A DNA stretch of 64,000 nucleotides from Acidobacteriota bacterium (GCA_965217775.1 CBDCJH010000002.1:3318686-3382685); one strand, 5' to 3'; counted from the stretch's first letter, positions 1 through 9,505 are shown. Made by a program: numbers and translations. Notes: generated by a model from the sequence alone, not told the origin.

Positions 1-1
1 G

Positions 2-1042
2 GACGCCCTTTTCTTCACCGGCCAGGGCAGGACCCTGCTGGAAGAGGCTGGCTTGGAGACCCGGGCTGGCCGGCTGCGTGCCAGGGACGTCATGAGACCG
101 GTGGGGCTCGACGGCGATTCCGTACATCTGAAGAATCCCTTCGATCTGGTCCGGCAATATTTTCAGCTGACCCACCGTCGCTACCAGATCAAGAATCCCG
201 AGCTGGAGGAGCTGGTCCGGCTGAAGGTCGCGTACGAAACCCTGCCTTTCAGCCATGGTGTCCACGTCAGTTGGATCTCGGAGGACCTTCACCTCGCTTC
301 GGTGACCCTCTCCATCCCCAACCGGGAACTGGACTTCCAGCCCTTCGGCCAAGATCTGGTCCGGGCCCGCCTTGCTCTCTACGGTCAGGTCGACGACCTA
401 ACGGGACTCACGGTCTTCTCCTTCGAAGACGAGATCACGACCGACATCAGTCGCCAGCGGGCCGCGCGAGAACTGGACCGGCACTCGGTCTACCAGAAAA
501 AGATCCCCCTCAAGTCGGGTCGCTACAAGCTGACCCTGGTGCTGAAGGACACAACCAGTGAGCGCGTCGGCGTGGCCAGCCGCGGACTGGTGGCAGCGGC
601 GAAGAAGGACAAGCTGGGTGCCAGCAGTTTGATTCTGTGTGAGCATCTGCGGTTCACGGGCGAACAGGGCGATCTGACCCAGCCCTTTGTCTACTTTGGA
701 GGGGTCAAGCTCTATCCCAGTACGAACAATGTCTTTCGAGCGGTGGACGCCCTGAACGCCTACCTGGAAATCTATAATCCGGCACTCGACCAGAGCACCG
801 GAAAGCCCAATGTGACTCTGGAGTATGCCGTCGTCGAGGACGGTGCCCCGGCTTCGCAGTTCATCGACATCACGGGCCGGGCGGGCGCCGTCTACGGCAA
901 TCGGATCGTGATCCTGCACCAAGTGCCCCTCGACACCCTGGGTGCGGGCAGATACGCGATGCAGATACGTTACACCGATCGGATCAGCGGTCAGATGCTG
1001 TCTCGCAGTGCACGGTTTCAGCTCCGGGACAAGGCCCTTTGA
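2..1042 (+). CDS. GWxTD-domain protein, C-terminal part (5' end outside window)
   Basis: The frame is open from the window edge. It aligns by eye with the C-terminal two thirds of the full-length GWxTD protein at 44957-46549 (DALFFTGQG vs DALFVAGGG, SGRYKLTLVLKD vs SGRYKLTLILKD, DRISGQ near the C-terminus of both). Confidence 0.7.
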   Translation, partial: DALFFTGQGRTLLEEAGLETRAGRLRARDVMRPVGLDGDSVHLKNPFDLVRQYFQLTHRRYQIKNPELEELVRLKVAYETLPFSHGVHVSWISEDLHLASVTLSIPNRELDFQPFGQDLVRARLALYGQVDDLTGLTVFSFEDEITTDISRQRAARELDRHSVYQKKIPLKSGRYKLTLVLKDTTSERVGVASRGLVAAAKKDKLGASSLILCEHLRFTGEQGDLTQPFVYFGGVKLYPSTNNVFRAVDALNAYLEIYNPALDQSTGKPNVTLEYAVVEDGAPASQFIDITGRAGAVYGNRIVILHQVPLDTLGAGRYAMQIRYTDRISGQMLSRSARFQLRDKAL

Positions 1043-1065
1043 ACGAAGTTGCAAAAGGAAGCGCG

Positions 1066-2541
1066 ATGACGGAGGGATGGGGCCGCTGTCACCACCTGTT
1101 CATTCTCACACTTCTGTTCTGCCAAGCTGGCGCAAAGGATCTCCGGGAGCCTCTTGTCATCGGCTCCCGGCTGGAGCTGTTCGTGGACGACTACCTCATC
1201 GAGTCCACCCACGGAGTCGACCTTCGGCTGCATAGTCCGCGGCTTGCCGAGAAGGCCATCTCGTTCGACCGGCCCTGGGAGGGGGTGACCAGCGGCGTGG
1301 TCACGGTCTTCAAGGATGGCGACCTCTATCGGATGTACTACCGGGGGGACAGTAGCGAGCCCGATCACTATGTGGTCCCGTCTCTTCTGCGGAAGGGGGA
1401 ACAGGTGATTCCGGCCCACGATGAGGTGACCTGCTACGCCGAGAGCAGGGACGGAATCACCTGGACCAAACCGAATCTGGGGTTTTTCGAGTTCCAGGGC
1501 TCCAAGCAGAACAACATCGTCTGGACGGAACATTCTCACGCCTTTGCCCCCTTCAAGGACGCGAACCCGGCAGCACCATCATCCCAGCGCTACAAGGCCT
1601 TCGGAATCGAGCGCCGGGACGGCAAGAGCACCCTGGCCGGGTTCGTCTCCTCCGACGGTATTCACTGGAGCAAGATCCGCGAAGAGCCTCTCCTCACCGA
1701 CGGGGCCTTCGACAGTCTCAACTTGGCGTTCTGGGATCCGGTGAGGGAACACTACGTGGCCATCTACCGCGACTTCTGGTACGGAGTCCGGACCATCAAA
1801 CACGCTACCTCCAACGATTTCATCCACTGGACTCGCGGCGAGTGGGCCAGCTTCGGCGACAGGCCGCCCGAGCACCTCTACACCAACGCGGCCCAGCCCT
1901 ATTTTCGGGCGCCCCACATCTATCTTTCCTTCCCCATGCGCTTTCATCCCTGGCGAACCTTTCATGCCGACGCTCCCACGCCAGGCCTGTCCGACGGCGT
2001 CTTCATGACCAGTCGAGACGGCGTCCATTGGGATCGGCGTTTTTTGGAGGCCTTTATCCGTCCCGGCCGGGATCAGAGGAACTGGATCCAACGGACCAAT
2101 GTGACGGCTCCCAGCGTGGTGCCCACCGGGCCGGACGAGATCTCCCTCTACGCCCATCGCAACTACACCTCACCCAGCCACTACTACCAGCGCCTAGTCC
2201 TGCGTACCGATGGGTTCGTTTCTGCTCACGCCGACTACAACGAGGGAGACATAGTTACCAAACCTCTGGTGTTCGAAGGCGAGAACCTGGTCCTCAACTA
2301 CGCCACTTCGGCCCTGGGAAGCATCCGGATCGAGATCCAGGACCAGGCAGGCCATCCCCTGCCCGGCTTTTCGCTGCAGGAATCACCCGTCATCTTCGGC
2401 GACCAGATCGAGCGGGAAGTCGACTGGAAGCGTCCTGCCAGCCGGACCGATCGAGGACCTTTGAGCCGGCTCGCCGGCCGCCCGGTTCGCCTGCGTTTCG
2501 TCATGAAGGACGCCGACCTTTATTCGTTGCAGTTCCGTTAG
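1066..2541 (+). CDS. putative secreted glycoside hydrolase-like protein, unassigned beta-propeller + beta-sandwich family (type A, LELFVD-type)
   Basis: Signal peptide present. Conserved blocks shared with 5 paralogs: LELFVDDYLIE, PWEG, YRMYYRG, CYAESRDGITWTKP, NNIV, SSDGIHW, AFWD, TNAAQPYFRAPHIY, SRDGVHW, LRTDGFVS, GSIRIEIQD, RLRFVMKDADLYS. ATG 1066 follows AAGGAAG; the ORF-track start at 1039 is a TTG overlapping the upstream stop. Confidence 0.8.
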   Translation: MTEGWGRCHHLFILTLLFCQAGAKDLREPLVIGSRLELFVDDYLIESTHGVDLRLHSPRLAEKAISFDRPWEGVTSGVVTVFKDGDLYRMYYRGDSSEPDHYVVPSLLRKGEQVIPAHDEVTCYAESRDGITWTKPNLGFFEFQGSKQNNIVWTEHSHAFAPFKDANPAAPSSQRYKAFGIERRDGKSTLAGFVSSDGIHWSKIREEPLLTDGAFDSLNLAFWDPVREHYVAIYRDFWYGVRTIKHATSNDFIHWTRGEWASFGDRPPEHLYTNAAQPYFRAPHIYLSFPMRFHPWRTFHADAPTPGLSDGVFMTSRDGVHWDRRFLEAFIRPGRDQRNWIQRTNVTAPSVVPTGPDEISLYAHRNYTSPSHYYQRLVLRTDGFVSAHADYNEGDIVTKPLVFEGENLVLNYATSALGSIRIEIQDQAGHPLPGFSLQESPVIFGDQIEREVDWKRPASRTDRGPLSRLAGRPVRLRFVMKDADLYSLQFR

Positions 2542-2594
2542 TCGGCCGGTATGGCGACGAGCCAAAGGGCAAGCGCGAACCGGAGGAAGACACC

Positions 2595-2860
2595 ATGACA
2601 TTGACCACGGCTCAACTGAAACAGTACGAGCAGGAGGGCTTCGCCGTCGGCGGGTGCATACTGTGTGTGAATGAGCTGACCCGACTCCGTGCGGAGATCG
2701 ACAGTCTGATCGAGACTCTTTCTCCGAGGGAGACATCCCGAGAACATGCCCTCGGTTCACTATGGCCGGCCCTACTTCCTGGATTTGCTTCTGGACCAGC
2801 GGCTGTTGGACGTGGCGGAGAAGATCCTGGGGCCCGACATTACGCACTTTACCTCGGGGA
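2595..2860 (+). pseudogene. phytanoyl-CoA dioxygenase (PhyH)-like gene fragment, frameshifted and 3'-truncated
   Basis: A GGAGGAAG RBS precedes the ATG. The N-terminus MTLTTAQLKQYEQEGF..ELTRLRAEIDSLIE resembles a PhyH N-terminus. Similarity continues in another frame (YFLDLLLDQRLLDVAEKILGPDI, ORF 2746-3009) and is then lost. There are only about 90 codons before the next gene. Confidence 0.45.
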
Positions 2861-3031
2861 TGTCGTCACCCGTGGAGCCCGGACCCGAAGCGGTGACGGA
2901 CATCGAGGTCTTCATCGACCATCACCTCATGGATCGTCTGGTTGGAGTGTCGCTGCGTGGCTACACTTTCTGCTGCGCGACATCGAACTGCACGCTCTGC
3001 AATTCGTGAAGGGCTGAGGAGAACCCGCACC

Positions 3032-4483
3032 ATGCACCTGAGAACCAGTGCCATTTTCGCCGCTCTGGCGACGATCATCGCCGAGGGGGTCGCTCCTGCG
3101 GCCGATCCCGTCGACATCGGAACACGGCGAGAGCTGTTTGTGGATCATTTCCTGATCGACAAGGTCGCCGGCGCCCGTCTTCAACTCCACCATCCCCGCC
3201 GGGAAGGTCCAGCCGTGCATTTCGTGGACAAACCCTGGGAGGGCCACCTCAGCGGCTACGTGACCGTGCTCAAGGACGGTCCCCTGTACCGAATGTACTA
3301 TCGGGGCCGTTCCGAATTGGGACGAGGGGACCGAAACGTCGTCGAGGTGACCTGTGTGGCTGAGTCGGAGGACGGCATTCGCTGGACGAAGCCGGCGCTG
3401 GGCTTTTATGAAATCCATGGGACCAGGGAAAACAACGTGGTACTGGCGGGCAAGCCTCCCTACTCGCACAACTTCTCTCCCTGGATCGACACGCGGCCCG
3501 GGGTGCCCGCCAAGGAACGGTACAAGTCCCTTTCCGGCCTGTATCCGGAGGGGTTGGCCCTCTTCGTCTCGGCCGACGGCCTGCGCTGGACGCTGGATAA
3601 GGAGCCAGCCGTCACCTACCCGGGCAAGGCCTTCGACAGCCAGGCGTGTGCCTTCTGGTCAGACAATGAGGGGCAGTACGTCTGTTATTTCCGGACCTTC
3701 AAGAACGGGATGCGCTGGATCTCTCGGACCACCAGCCGGGACTGCCGGAGTTGGACGACACCAGTCGAGATGCACTATGGAGACACCCCACCCGAGCAGT
3801 TCTACACCAATATGACCCAGCCCTATTACCGCGCCCCGCACATCTACATCGCTCTGGCACAGCGCTTTTTCCCCCGCCGCTCGGCGCTGCCGGAAGCGGA
3901 GTCCGCTCGCTTGGTGTCCGACGCGGCACTGAGGGGCTTCAGCAGCGACGTGGCCCTCATGAGCACCCGGGGGGGCAGGGTCTATCATCGAACTTTTCTC
4001 GAATCCTTCATCCGACCCGGACGCACCGCCCGTGACTGGGCAAGCCGCAACAACACCGCCGCCTGGGGCATCGTTCCGGCCGCAGCCGATCCCCGAACTC
4101 TCTACATTTACCGCCAAGCGGACGTGGCTCAGCCCACGAACCACGCGATTCGGTACTCGCTTCGAGTGGATGGCTTTGCCTCGGTGTGGGCTCCTTTTGC
4201 GGGCGGCGAGCTGATCACAAAACCGCTCATCTTTCGGGGAAGCCGACTGGAGATCAATTTCGATACGTCCGCAGCGGGCTCCATCCGTGTCGAGCTCCAG
4301 GATCCATCAGGCCGCCCACTGCCCGGGTTTGTACTCGAAGACTGCGAAGAGATACTCGGAAATGAGATCAGCAGAGTCGTCCGCTGGCGCAACCGAGAGG
4401 ACCTCGGCGCCTTGGCCGGCAAGCCGATCCGCCTCCGATTCGTCATGAAGGACGCCGACCTCTACTCTCTCCGATTCCAGTAG
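3032..4483 (+). CDS. putative glycoside hydrolase-like protein, type A propeller/sandwich family
   Basis: GAGGAG RBS and signal peptide MHLRTSAIFAALATIIAEG. Same conserved blocks as 1066-2541 (RELFVDHFLID, YRMYYRG, CVAESEDGIRWTKP, PYYRAPHIY, LRVDGFAS, GSIRVELQD, RLRFVMKDADLYS). Confidence 0.85.
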   Translation: MHLRTSAIFAALATIIAEGVAPAADPVDIGTRRELFVDHFLIDKVAGARLQLHHPRREGPAVHFVDKPWEGHLSGYVTVLKDGPLYRMYYRGRSELGRGDRNVVEVTCVAESEDGIRWTKPALGFYEIHGTRENNVVLAGKPPYSHNFSPWIDTRPGVPAKERYKSLSGLYPEGLALFVSADGLRWTLDKEPAVTYPGKAFDSQACAFWSDNEGQYVCYFRTFKNGMRWISRTTSRDCRSWTTPVEMHYGDTPPEQFYTNMTQPYYRAPHIYIALAQRFFPRRSALPEAESARLVSDAALRGFSSDVALMSTRGGRVYHRTFLESFIRPGRTARDWASRNNTAAWGIVPAAADPRTLYIYRQADVAQPTNHAIRYSLRVDGFASVWAPFAGGELITKPLIFRGSRLEINFDTSAAGSIRVELQDPSGRPLPGFVLEDCEEILGNEISRVVRWRNREDLGALAGKPIRLRFVMKDADLYSLRFQ

Positions 4484-4758
4484 GACTTGGCACGCACTTA
4501 TCATCGGAGGGTGCGCAACGGCGTTCGAGGGACCGAAGAATCTGGACAGGATTAAGAGCAACGATACCGGGTTCGCCGTGGCCAAGATGGCGGAAATGAC
4601 TCGTCTTGAGAGTATGCTTGGTGCTTGACCCTGGTCCTTGCCTTCCCGTGACCCCCGGCGCAGAGCCCGACGGCGTGCGTCAAGGTGCCGTCTGGAATTC
4701 AGCCACCACTCCGGTGATCGACTTGACACGATCGCCGAGGATCTGCGAGTTCTTGCGC

Positions 4759-6108
4759 GTGCACGCCAGGCACCTGATCCTCCTTGCCACCATGACCGCC
4801 GCGTCGGTCCCTGCCTGTACGGTGGAAACCGATTCCCGGCGGAACCGCCCCAACATCGTCCTGATCATGGCGGACGATCTGGGCTACGAGGCCCTGGGCG
4901 CCTACGGAGGCAGCTCGTACTCGACACCTATGCTGGACCGATTGGCCCGCCAGGGGATTCGCTTTGACCACGCCTACTCACAGCCGCTTTGCACCAACAC
5001 CCGGGTACAGCTGATGACAGGCCGCTACCAGCACCGCTACTGGCAGGCCTTCGGCATCCTGCCGAACCGGGAGCGAACCATTGGCCATCTGATGCAGGCG
5101 GCGGGCTACCGGACGCTGATTGCCGGGAAATGGCAGTTGCACAGCTATGACCCAGTGGACTATCCCGGCGCGGAGGAGAGACGGGGAACGGGAATGCGGG
5201 GGGCCGAATCGGGATTCGACGAGTATCTACTCTGGCACGCCTGGCATGCCGAGGACAAAGGATCACGGTATGCGGATCCCACCTTCGACCTCAACGGGGA
5301 GCTGATCAAGGAGAAAATGGGAGTTTACGGATCCGACATCTTCGTGGACTACATCAACGATTTCGTAGAACGAAACCGCGGCGTTCCGTTCTTTGTCTAC
5401 TACCCGATGGTGCTTACACACGACCCCTTCGTACCCACTCCGGACAGTCCCCGATGGCACGATGAATCCCGGCGTCACCTGCAGGATCCGGCCTATTTCG
5501 CCGACATGGTCGCCTACATGGACAAGCTGGTTGGAAAGATTGTGGCCATCCTCGACCGGCTGGATCTGCGCCAAAAGACTCTCGTCTTGTTCTACGCCGA
5601 CAACGGCACCCACAGGTCGATTTCATCGCGGCTCGGCAGCCGGATGATCCAGGGTGGAAAGGGAAAGACGACCGATGCCGGTACCCGAGTGCCGATGATC
5701 ATCAGCTGGCCCGGAACCGTGCCGGCCGGCGTGGTGTCAGAGGATCTCATCGACTCGGTCGATATCTACCCGACGCTCGCAGAGCTGGCGGGCACCCGGC
5801 TCCCAGACCAACCCCTGATCGACGGCATCAGTTTTGCGGATCGGCTATTGGGCCGGGACGGCGATCCCCGCAACTGGATCTTCGTAAACTTCGAGCCGAG
5901 ACCGGGATGGGACAAGGACAAGTACTCGGAACTCACCTTCGTCCGCGACCATAAATACAAGCTGTACGATAACGGAGAGCTCTATGACGTCGAATCCGAT
6001 GTGCTCGAAGCCAACCCCATTCAGGCGTCCGTGCGCACCAAGATGCAACGGCGGATCACCGAGAAGTTTCAGAGCGTCATGGAGAGACTCCAGGGCCGCA
6101 AGGAATGA
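4759..6108 (+). CDS. S1 sulfatase (lipoprotein), copy 1 of a duplicated pair, non-canonical C-T-N-T-R active-site motif
   Basis: Sulfatase blocks NIVLIMADDLGYE, PLCTNTRVQLMTGRY, GKWQLH, YADNGTH, GKGKTTDAGTRVP, DIYPTLAEL, ELYD. Lipobox ..SVPAC. The start is set at a GTG conserved in the paralog at 11249; the ORF-track start at 4606 would add an implausible leader. Confidence 0.9.
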   Translation: MHARHLILLATMTAASVPACTVETDSRRNRPNIVLIMADDLGYEALGAYGGSSYSTPMLDRLARQGIRFDHAYSQPLCTNTRVQLMTGRYQHRYWQAFGILPNRERTIGHLMQAAGYRTLIAGKWQLHSYDPVDYPGAEERRGTGMRGAESGFDEYLLWHAWHAEDKGSRYADPTFDLNGELIKEKMGVYGSDIFVDYINDFVERNRGVPFFVYYPMVLTHDPFVPTPDSPRWHDESRRHLQDPAYFADMVAYMDKLVGKIVAILDRLDLRQKTLVLFYADNGTHRSISSRLGSRMIQGGKGKTTDAGTRVPMIISWPGTVPAGVVSEDLIDSVDIYPTLAELAGTRLPDQPLIDGISFADRLLGRDGDPRNWIFVNFEPRPGWDKDKYSELTFVRDHKYKLYDNGELYDVESDVLEANPIQASVRTKMQRRITEKFQSVMERLQGRKE

Positions 6109-6259
6109 CCGGCGGGCGCCGACCCGACTGCGCCTGCGGCCTCCCTCCATCGCCCGCCGTCGATTCGTAGCCAATCCGGGTGCCATTTTCGGGAGGTGAA
6201 ACTGGCGCGAACCCTCATTAGCGACGCTCCATCCGCACCTCATGCAGGAGCCTCCGCTG

Positions 6260-6375
6260 CTACTGCACGGTCGCGGCATGAGAGGGGTCATCGGCAAGAT
6301 TCACCAGTTTCTGAGGATCCTCCCGATGATCGTAGAGTTCCCGGCCCCTCATGCCTTCCTCCCAGTCGCTGAAAC
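6260..6375 (-). pseudogene. sulfatase C-terminal fragment
   Basis: The minus-strand frame reads ..[38 protein letters not shown]. This matches the ELYD-x-x-x-DP-x-x-x-x-NLA signature found near sulfatase C-termini. There is no upstream catalytic part. Confidence 0.45.
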
Positions 6376-7385
6376 GGCAGGGCGCGATCTTCATCTTCAC
6401 GACCGACAACGGCTCGTCGGCCGGAGACCTCGTGTTCAACGCAGGCATGCGGGGCAGGAAGGGGAGCGAATACGATGGGGGCCATCGGGTGCCGTTCTTC
6501 ATCCACTGGCCGGAAGGTGGCCTCATCGGCGGAAGGGACGTCGACCCCATCACAGCTCACGTCGACGTGCTGCCGACTCTGGCTGACCTATGTGGGATCC
6601 GGGCGCCGAAGGGCGTGAAGCTGGATGGGCGGAGCGTCCGCCCCCTGTTGTTCGGTGAGGCGGCCCCGGAGGATGGCAGTTGGCCCGACCGGATCCTGGT
6701 CACGGACTCGCAGCGGGTCAAGGATCCACTCAAGTGGCGCAAGAGTTCGGTCATGACGAGCCGCTGGCGGCTGGTCAATGGAGAAGAGCTCTACGACATC
6801 AAGTCCGACCCTGGCCAACGGCAGGACGTCGCCCCGTCGCATCCGCAGGTGGTGGCACGCCTGAGGGACTTCTACGAATCCTGGTGGGCCGAGTTGGAGC
6901 CGACCTTTCGGCAGGACGCCCGGATCTATCTGGGACACGAAGCGGACAATCCGACGACTCTGACCAGTCACGACTGGATCGCCACGGACTATACCCCCTG
7001 GAACCATTCCCACATCCGCGATGCCCTGACCGGTGCCGGCCACATCGGTCACTGGAACGTCCACGTGGCCCAAAAGGGCGACTATGAGTTCCGCCTGCGT
7101 CGCTGGCCGGCAGCAGCGGACACGCCGATCACGACCGGCCTCGACCCCGGCGAACCGGTCCCGGGCGAGCCGGCCTTCCGGACCACGCCGGGGAAGGCTC
7201 TGGCGATCGTGAAGGCTACCTTGGAGATCGCTGACCGGGAAGTGGAGAAACCCGTCGCCCCCGGTGCCAACGACGTCGTCTTCAACCTGAATCTGAGCCC
7301 CGGCCCCGCCACGCTGACGGCCCGCTTGATCGCCAGGGAAGGCCAAGCCTACGGGGCATACTATGTGTCGGTGAAGAGACGGTGA
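6351..7385 (+). pseudogene. 5'-truncated sulfatase (central and C-terminal part only)
   Basis: It starts inside the conserved block [11 protein letters not shown], followed by [28 protein letters not shown] and ELYDIKSDPGQ, plus a long C-terminal extension. The N-terminal roughly 230 aa carrying the metal ligands and the formylglycine motif are absent. Confidence 0.65.
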
Positions 7386-7481
7386 AGCCGGTCCCACCCC
7401 GACGCGCGCAGTGAGAAGCTCAGTGGAGAACGTCATCGGCACCCGCAACGGATGCCGGGTTCGTGCCAGCCTTCCTATCAA

Positions 7482-7640
7482 CAGTCCGCGGCAAAAGTAC
7501 CGCGTCGCACCGCCCCCGGGGCTACGCTCGACGACAAGGCGCGACGAGGAAGCAGACTCGACCGGATGTGCCCGGGGAGCAACGCATTCCGCCGGAATGC
7601 AGACCCGGTCGAATGCCGTGACGACGTTGGCCCCGGGCTG
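7482..7640 (+). repeat. MITE-like repeat, family A, copy A1
   Basis: About 159 bp, alignable with 9220-9379, 12669-12826 and (reverse) 24594-24750. Imperfect terminal inverted repeats CAGTCCGCGGCAAAAGT.. / ..CCCCGGGCTG. Flanks are TCAA/TCAT. Confidence 0.75.
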
Positions 7641-7691
7641 TCATCCCGCTTACCCGACGAGTTGGAGCGGACGGCAGACTTTCAGTCGAGA

Positions 7692-9167
7692 TCACAACGT
7701 CCAACCGGGACGATATTCCCGCCTGAGCAGCGCGTTGGCCGCCGGAGAGTCGGTGACCTGCAAATTGGCGGCGTCCCAGTCGAGTTTGGCGCCGGTGCGG
7801 TAGGCGAGGCTACCCAGCATGACCGCCTCCGAGATGGGGCCGGAAGCGCCGAAGTTGCAGCTCGTCGCGCTCCCGGTCTTACAGGCGGCAATCCACTCGG
7901 CGCGATGGCCGACTTCAGCCGTACGACGCCAGTCCGGGTGAGCCTTGTAGGCGGCCACCCATGGAGCGCGAAGACCGATTTCCGCACCGATCGACGGCGG
8001 GAGGTTCGGCTCGGGCGGCTTGAAGTCCGCGAACTTTTCGGCGGGCCAGAGCATCCGCTGCCCGTAGCTTGCCAGCAGCATTCCCTCGGTGCCCACGAAG
8101 ACGCCCCAGGGCCAGTCGGGAAACTCGTTCTCCGCAAAAACTGCCGGTGGTTGAGTTCCATGTGTCCAGGTCAGCGTGACCGGCGGCATCTCTCCGCGGG
8201 CCGGGAAACGGTAGCGGACGTGAAGCTGGCCGGGTGTCGTCTCGGGGTGAGGTGGCTGCCCCTCGGCCTCCACTGAGACCGGATAGCGAAGATTCAGAGC
8301 CCGGAAGGCCAACGTCAGGTAGTGGCAGCCCATGTTGCCGAGATTTCCGGAGCCGAAATCCCACCACCGATGCCAGTTGCCGCCGCAACCGCGGGAATAG
8401 GTGGGATGATAGGGGCGGTAAGGCGCCGGCCCCAGGAAAAGATCCCAGTGAAGCCCTTTGGGGATGGGCGGCGTCTCCGTCGGGCGGTCACTTGGGCCGC
8501 GTCCCGAGCGGAGCCAGATATGGCATTCCTCCACCTCGCCGATGGCTCCGGTACGGATCAGTTCGACGACGCGGCGGTGGTTGTCCGAGGCGTGCATCTG
8601 GGTTCCCAATTGTGTCGCCACCTGCTGCTCGGCAGCCACCTTGGCCATCATGCGGGCCTCGAAGACCGAATTGGCTCCCGGCTTCTCGCAGTAAACGTGC
8701 TTGCCGAGCCGCATCGCCGCGACACTCGCCGGAGCGTGGTTGTGGTTTGGAGTACTCACCACCACGGCGTCGATCTGGCGGCCGAATTCGTCGAGCATCC
8801 TCCGGTAATCGTTGAATTTCTTTGCTCCTCCATAGCGGGCGAAGGCGTGGCTCGGAGGATTCCGGCGTCCTGGAGTCAATTCGGCCGCCGCCCGTTCGTC
8901 CACGTCGCAGAGAGCCACGATGTTCTCCCCGGTCATTTCCGGCTGCGAGGACGGCTTGACTCTCATGCCCGACTGGAATTCCACGTTTTCCCCCGCGATG
9001 TGGGCGAGGTTCCATCCCCCCATTCCGCCGGCGCCGACAACGGCGACATCAAGCTTCTCATTGGCCGGGTAGCCCCAAACCGAACCGCTGTTCCGGAGAA
9101 TCACCAACCCCGCCGCTGCACGGCCCGCAGTGCTGAGAAAATGTCGGCGCTTCCACTGGTTCGTCAT
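7692..9167 (-). CDS. Gfo/Idh/MocA-family NAD(P)-dependent oxidoreductase, TAT-exported
   Basis: TAT signal KRRHFLSTAGRAAAG, Rossmann motif VAVVGAGGMGG, and family blocks IVALCDVD, VVVSTPNHNHA, GKHVYCEKP. Confidence 0.85.
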   Translation of the reverse strand: MTNQWKRRHFLSTAGRAAAGLVILRNSGSVWGYPANEKLDVAVVGAGGMGGWNLAHIAGENVEFQSGMRVKPSSQPEMTGENIVALCDVDERAAAELTPGRRNPPSHAFARYGGAKKFNDYRRMLDEFGRQIDAVVVSTPNHNHAPASVAAMRLGKHVYCEKPGANSVFEARMMAKVAAEQQVATQLGTQMHASDNHRRVVELIRTGAIGEVEECHIWLRSGRGPSDRPTETPPIPKGLHWDLFLGPAPYRPYHPTYSRGCGGNWHRWWDFGSGNLGNMGCHYLTLAFRALNLRYPVSVEAEGQPPHPETTPGQLHVRYRFPARGEMPPVTLTWTHGTQPPAVFAENEFPDWPWGVFVGTEGMLLASYGQRMLWPAEKFADFKPPEPNLPPSIGAEIGLRAPWVAAYKAHPDWRRTAEVGHRAEWIAACKTGSATSCNFGASGPISEAVMLGSLAYRTGAKLDWDAANLQVTDSPAANALLRREYRPGWTL

Positions 9168-9219
9168 TGTTACTTCTCCATCATTATCTGGCCATTCCGT
9201 GAGAATTGACTCGGATTAA

Positions 9220-9379
9220 CAGTCCGTGGTGACAGTTCCGCGAGCACCGAGACCGTTCCTGCGCCCGCCGGACAAGGCGCAACGGAGGGAGCATATCGGG
9301 CGTATTTGACCGAATCGCAACGCAGTCCGCGCACGATGCAGGGACGGTCGAATGCCGCGACGACTTTTGCCACGGGCTG
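9220..9379 (+). repeat. MITE-like repeat, family A, copy A2
   Basis: 160 bp. Terminal inverted repeats CAGTCCGTGGTGACAGTTCC / GACTTTTGCCACGGGCTG. Flanked by a perfect 4-bp direct repeat TTAA. Confidence 0.8.
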
Positions 9380-9472
9380 TTAAGGGTGAGTATTGGAAAT
9401 CCGTCATAGAGGTGGCATGGATTTTGGACAACTCAGCAATATTGCTCCAACGCCCGAACCTGGGTCAATCGC

Positions 9473-9499
9473 GGAAGCAAAAGACTGTCCCCTTTTCGG
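9473..9499 (+). promoter_or_regulatory. copy (a) of conserved intergenic motif GGAAG-N-GACTGTCCCCTTTTCGG
   Basis: GGAAGCAAAAGACTGTCCCCTTTTCGG. It lies in the intergenic region upstream of the oxidoreductase start at 9167. Confidence 0.5.
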
Positions 9500-9505
9500 G
9501 TGAGC

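Noticed and set aside
2490-2541. The conserved ..RLRFVMKDADLYS-x-x-F C-termini, considered as an outer-membrane or sorting signal
   Set aside because: The motif is followed by variable extensions of 1-19 residues and sits inside a globular sandwich domain. It is more likely the last beta-strand of the fold than a terminal targeting signal.
1842-3017. 391-aa ORF spanning the end of one hydrolase gene, the PhyH fragment and the start of the next gene. Also 21799-23190
   Set aside because: It is an out-of-frame read-through of real genes. Only the short segment 2595-2745 of it shows meaningful (PhyH-like) sequence.
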